Assembly (NCBI RefSeq): GCF_963921235.1
Contig: NC_086102.1
Span: 54,312,001 to 54,376,000 of the forward strand
Length of the DNA stretch: 64,000 nt
Direction of reading: 5' to 3'
Origin: Mobula hypostoma
Lineage: Eukaryota
The translations under genes were made by a program, and so were the position numbers. The notes under the pieces are model-generated. The model had not been told where the DNA came from. It saw only the letters and a list, made by a program, of their open reading frames with translations, and made no database searches. The number at the start of each line of letters is the position of its first letter. Positions within the stretch are counted from its first letter, which is position 1. This document shows positions 63,541 through 64,000 of this stretch, piece after piece.

Positions 63541-64000
63541 TTGTGAATAAAACGCGAATAATGAAGGCCCACTTACCATATGCCTTCTTAATCACCTTAT
63601 CAACTTGTGCGACAACTTTATGGGATCTATGGGCATGGAATCCAAGGTCCTTCTCTTGTGTCACACTGCTAAGGATCCTGCCATTAACCATGTACTCTAC
63701 CTTCAGGTTTGACCTTCCAAAGTGTATCACTTCATACAACAAGCAACAGAACTCCCCAACTTCCAGAGGGCCAAATTACGCACAGCTCTTCCATACGAAT
63801 GAGCATTTGGCAGAATCAGAATCAGTGGCATATGTTGTGAAATTTGTTGGTTTGCAGCAGTAATACAATACATAATAATAAAAAACTATAAATTACAACA
63901 AGATATATATATATAAATTTATTTTAAACAAGTAGTGCAAAAAGAGAGCAAAAAAACCGAGGTAGTCTGTGTGGTTTATTCTTCATTCTGAAATCTGATG

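Noticed and set aside
1-64000. CRISPR arrays, rRNA genes or prokaryotic operons
   Set aside because: The sequence is eukaryotic with spliced exons and vertebrate TEs; no regularly spaced repeat-spacer array or rRNA similarity was seen.

Overview
AT-rich, repeat-dense vertebrate genomic DNA, most likely from a cartilaginous fish (inferred from HE1/V-SINE-type SINEs, abundant CR1, Rex/Babar and Penelope-like elements). One host gene is supported. It is a minus-strand CD200/OX-2-like immunoglobulin-superfamily gene with four coding exons: leader 36794-36752, IgV 21233-20898, a second IgV 18502-18173 that the ORF track misses, and a hydrophobic C-terminal exon starting at 7365. All junctions are GT-AG and phase 1. 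The product is 261 aa with a V-V architecture instead of the canonical V-C2, and an in-frame TAA truncates the membrane segment (possible GPI signal, or a homopolymer indel). The rest is mostly transposable elements: many CR1 and Rex/Babar fragments; an internally deleted Gmr1-type Gypsy element (51563-56914) with 4-bp TSD, mosaic LTRs and a 63-nt tRNA-Thr copy at its primer-binding site; Penelope-like elements with inverted arms and hammerhead-ribozyme motifs; hAT, Tc1 and probable Chapaev3 DNA transposon remnants; SINEs; and an old local duplication of a Bel/Pao-Gypsy chimeric remnant. Most ORFs in the supplied track are TE fragments or their antisense. Coordinates of degenerate repeats are approximate, and all identities were estimated by eye.
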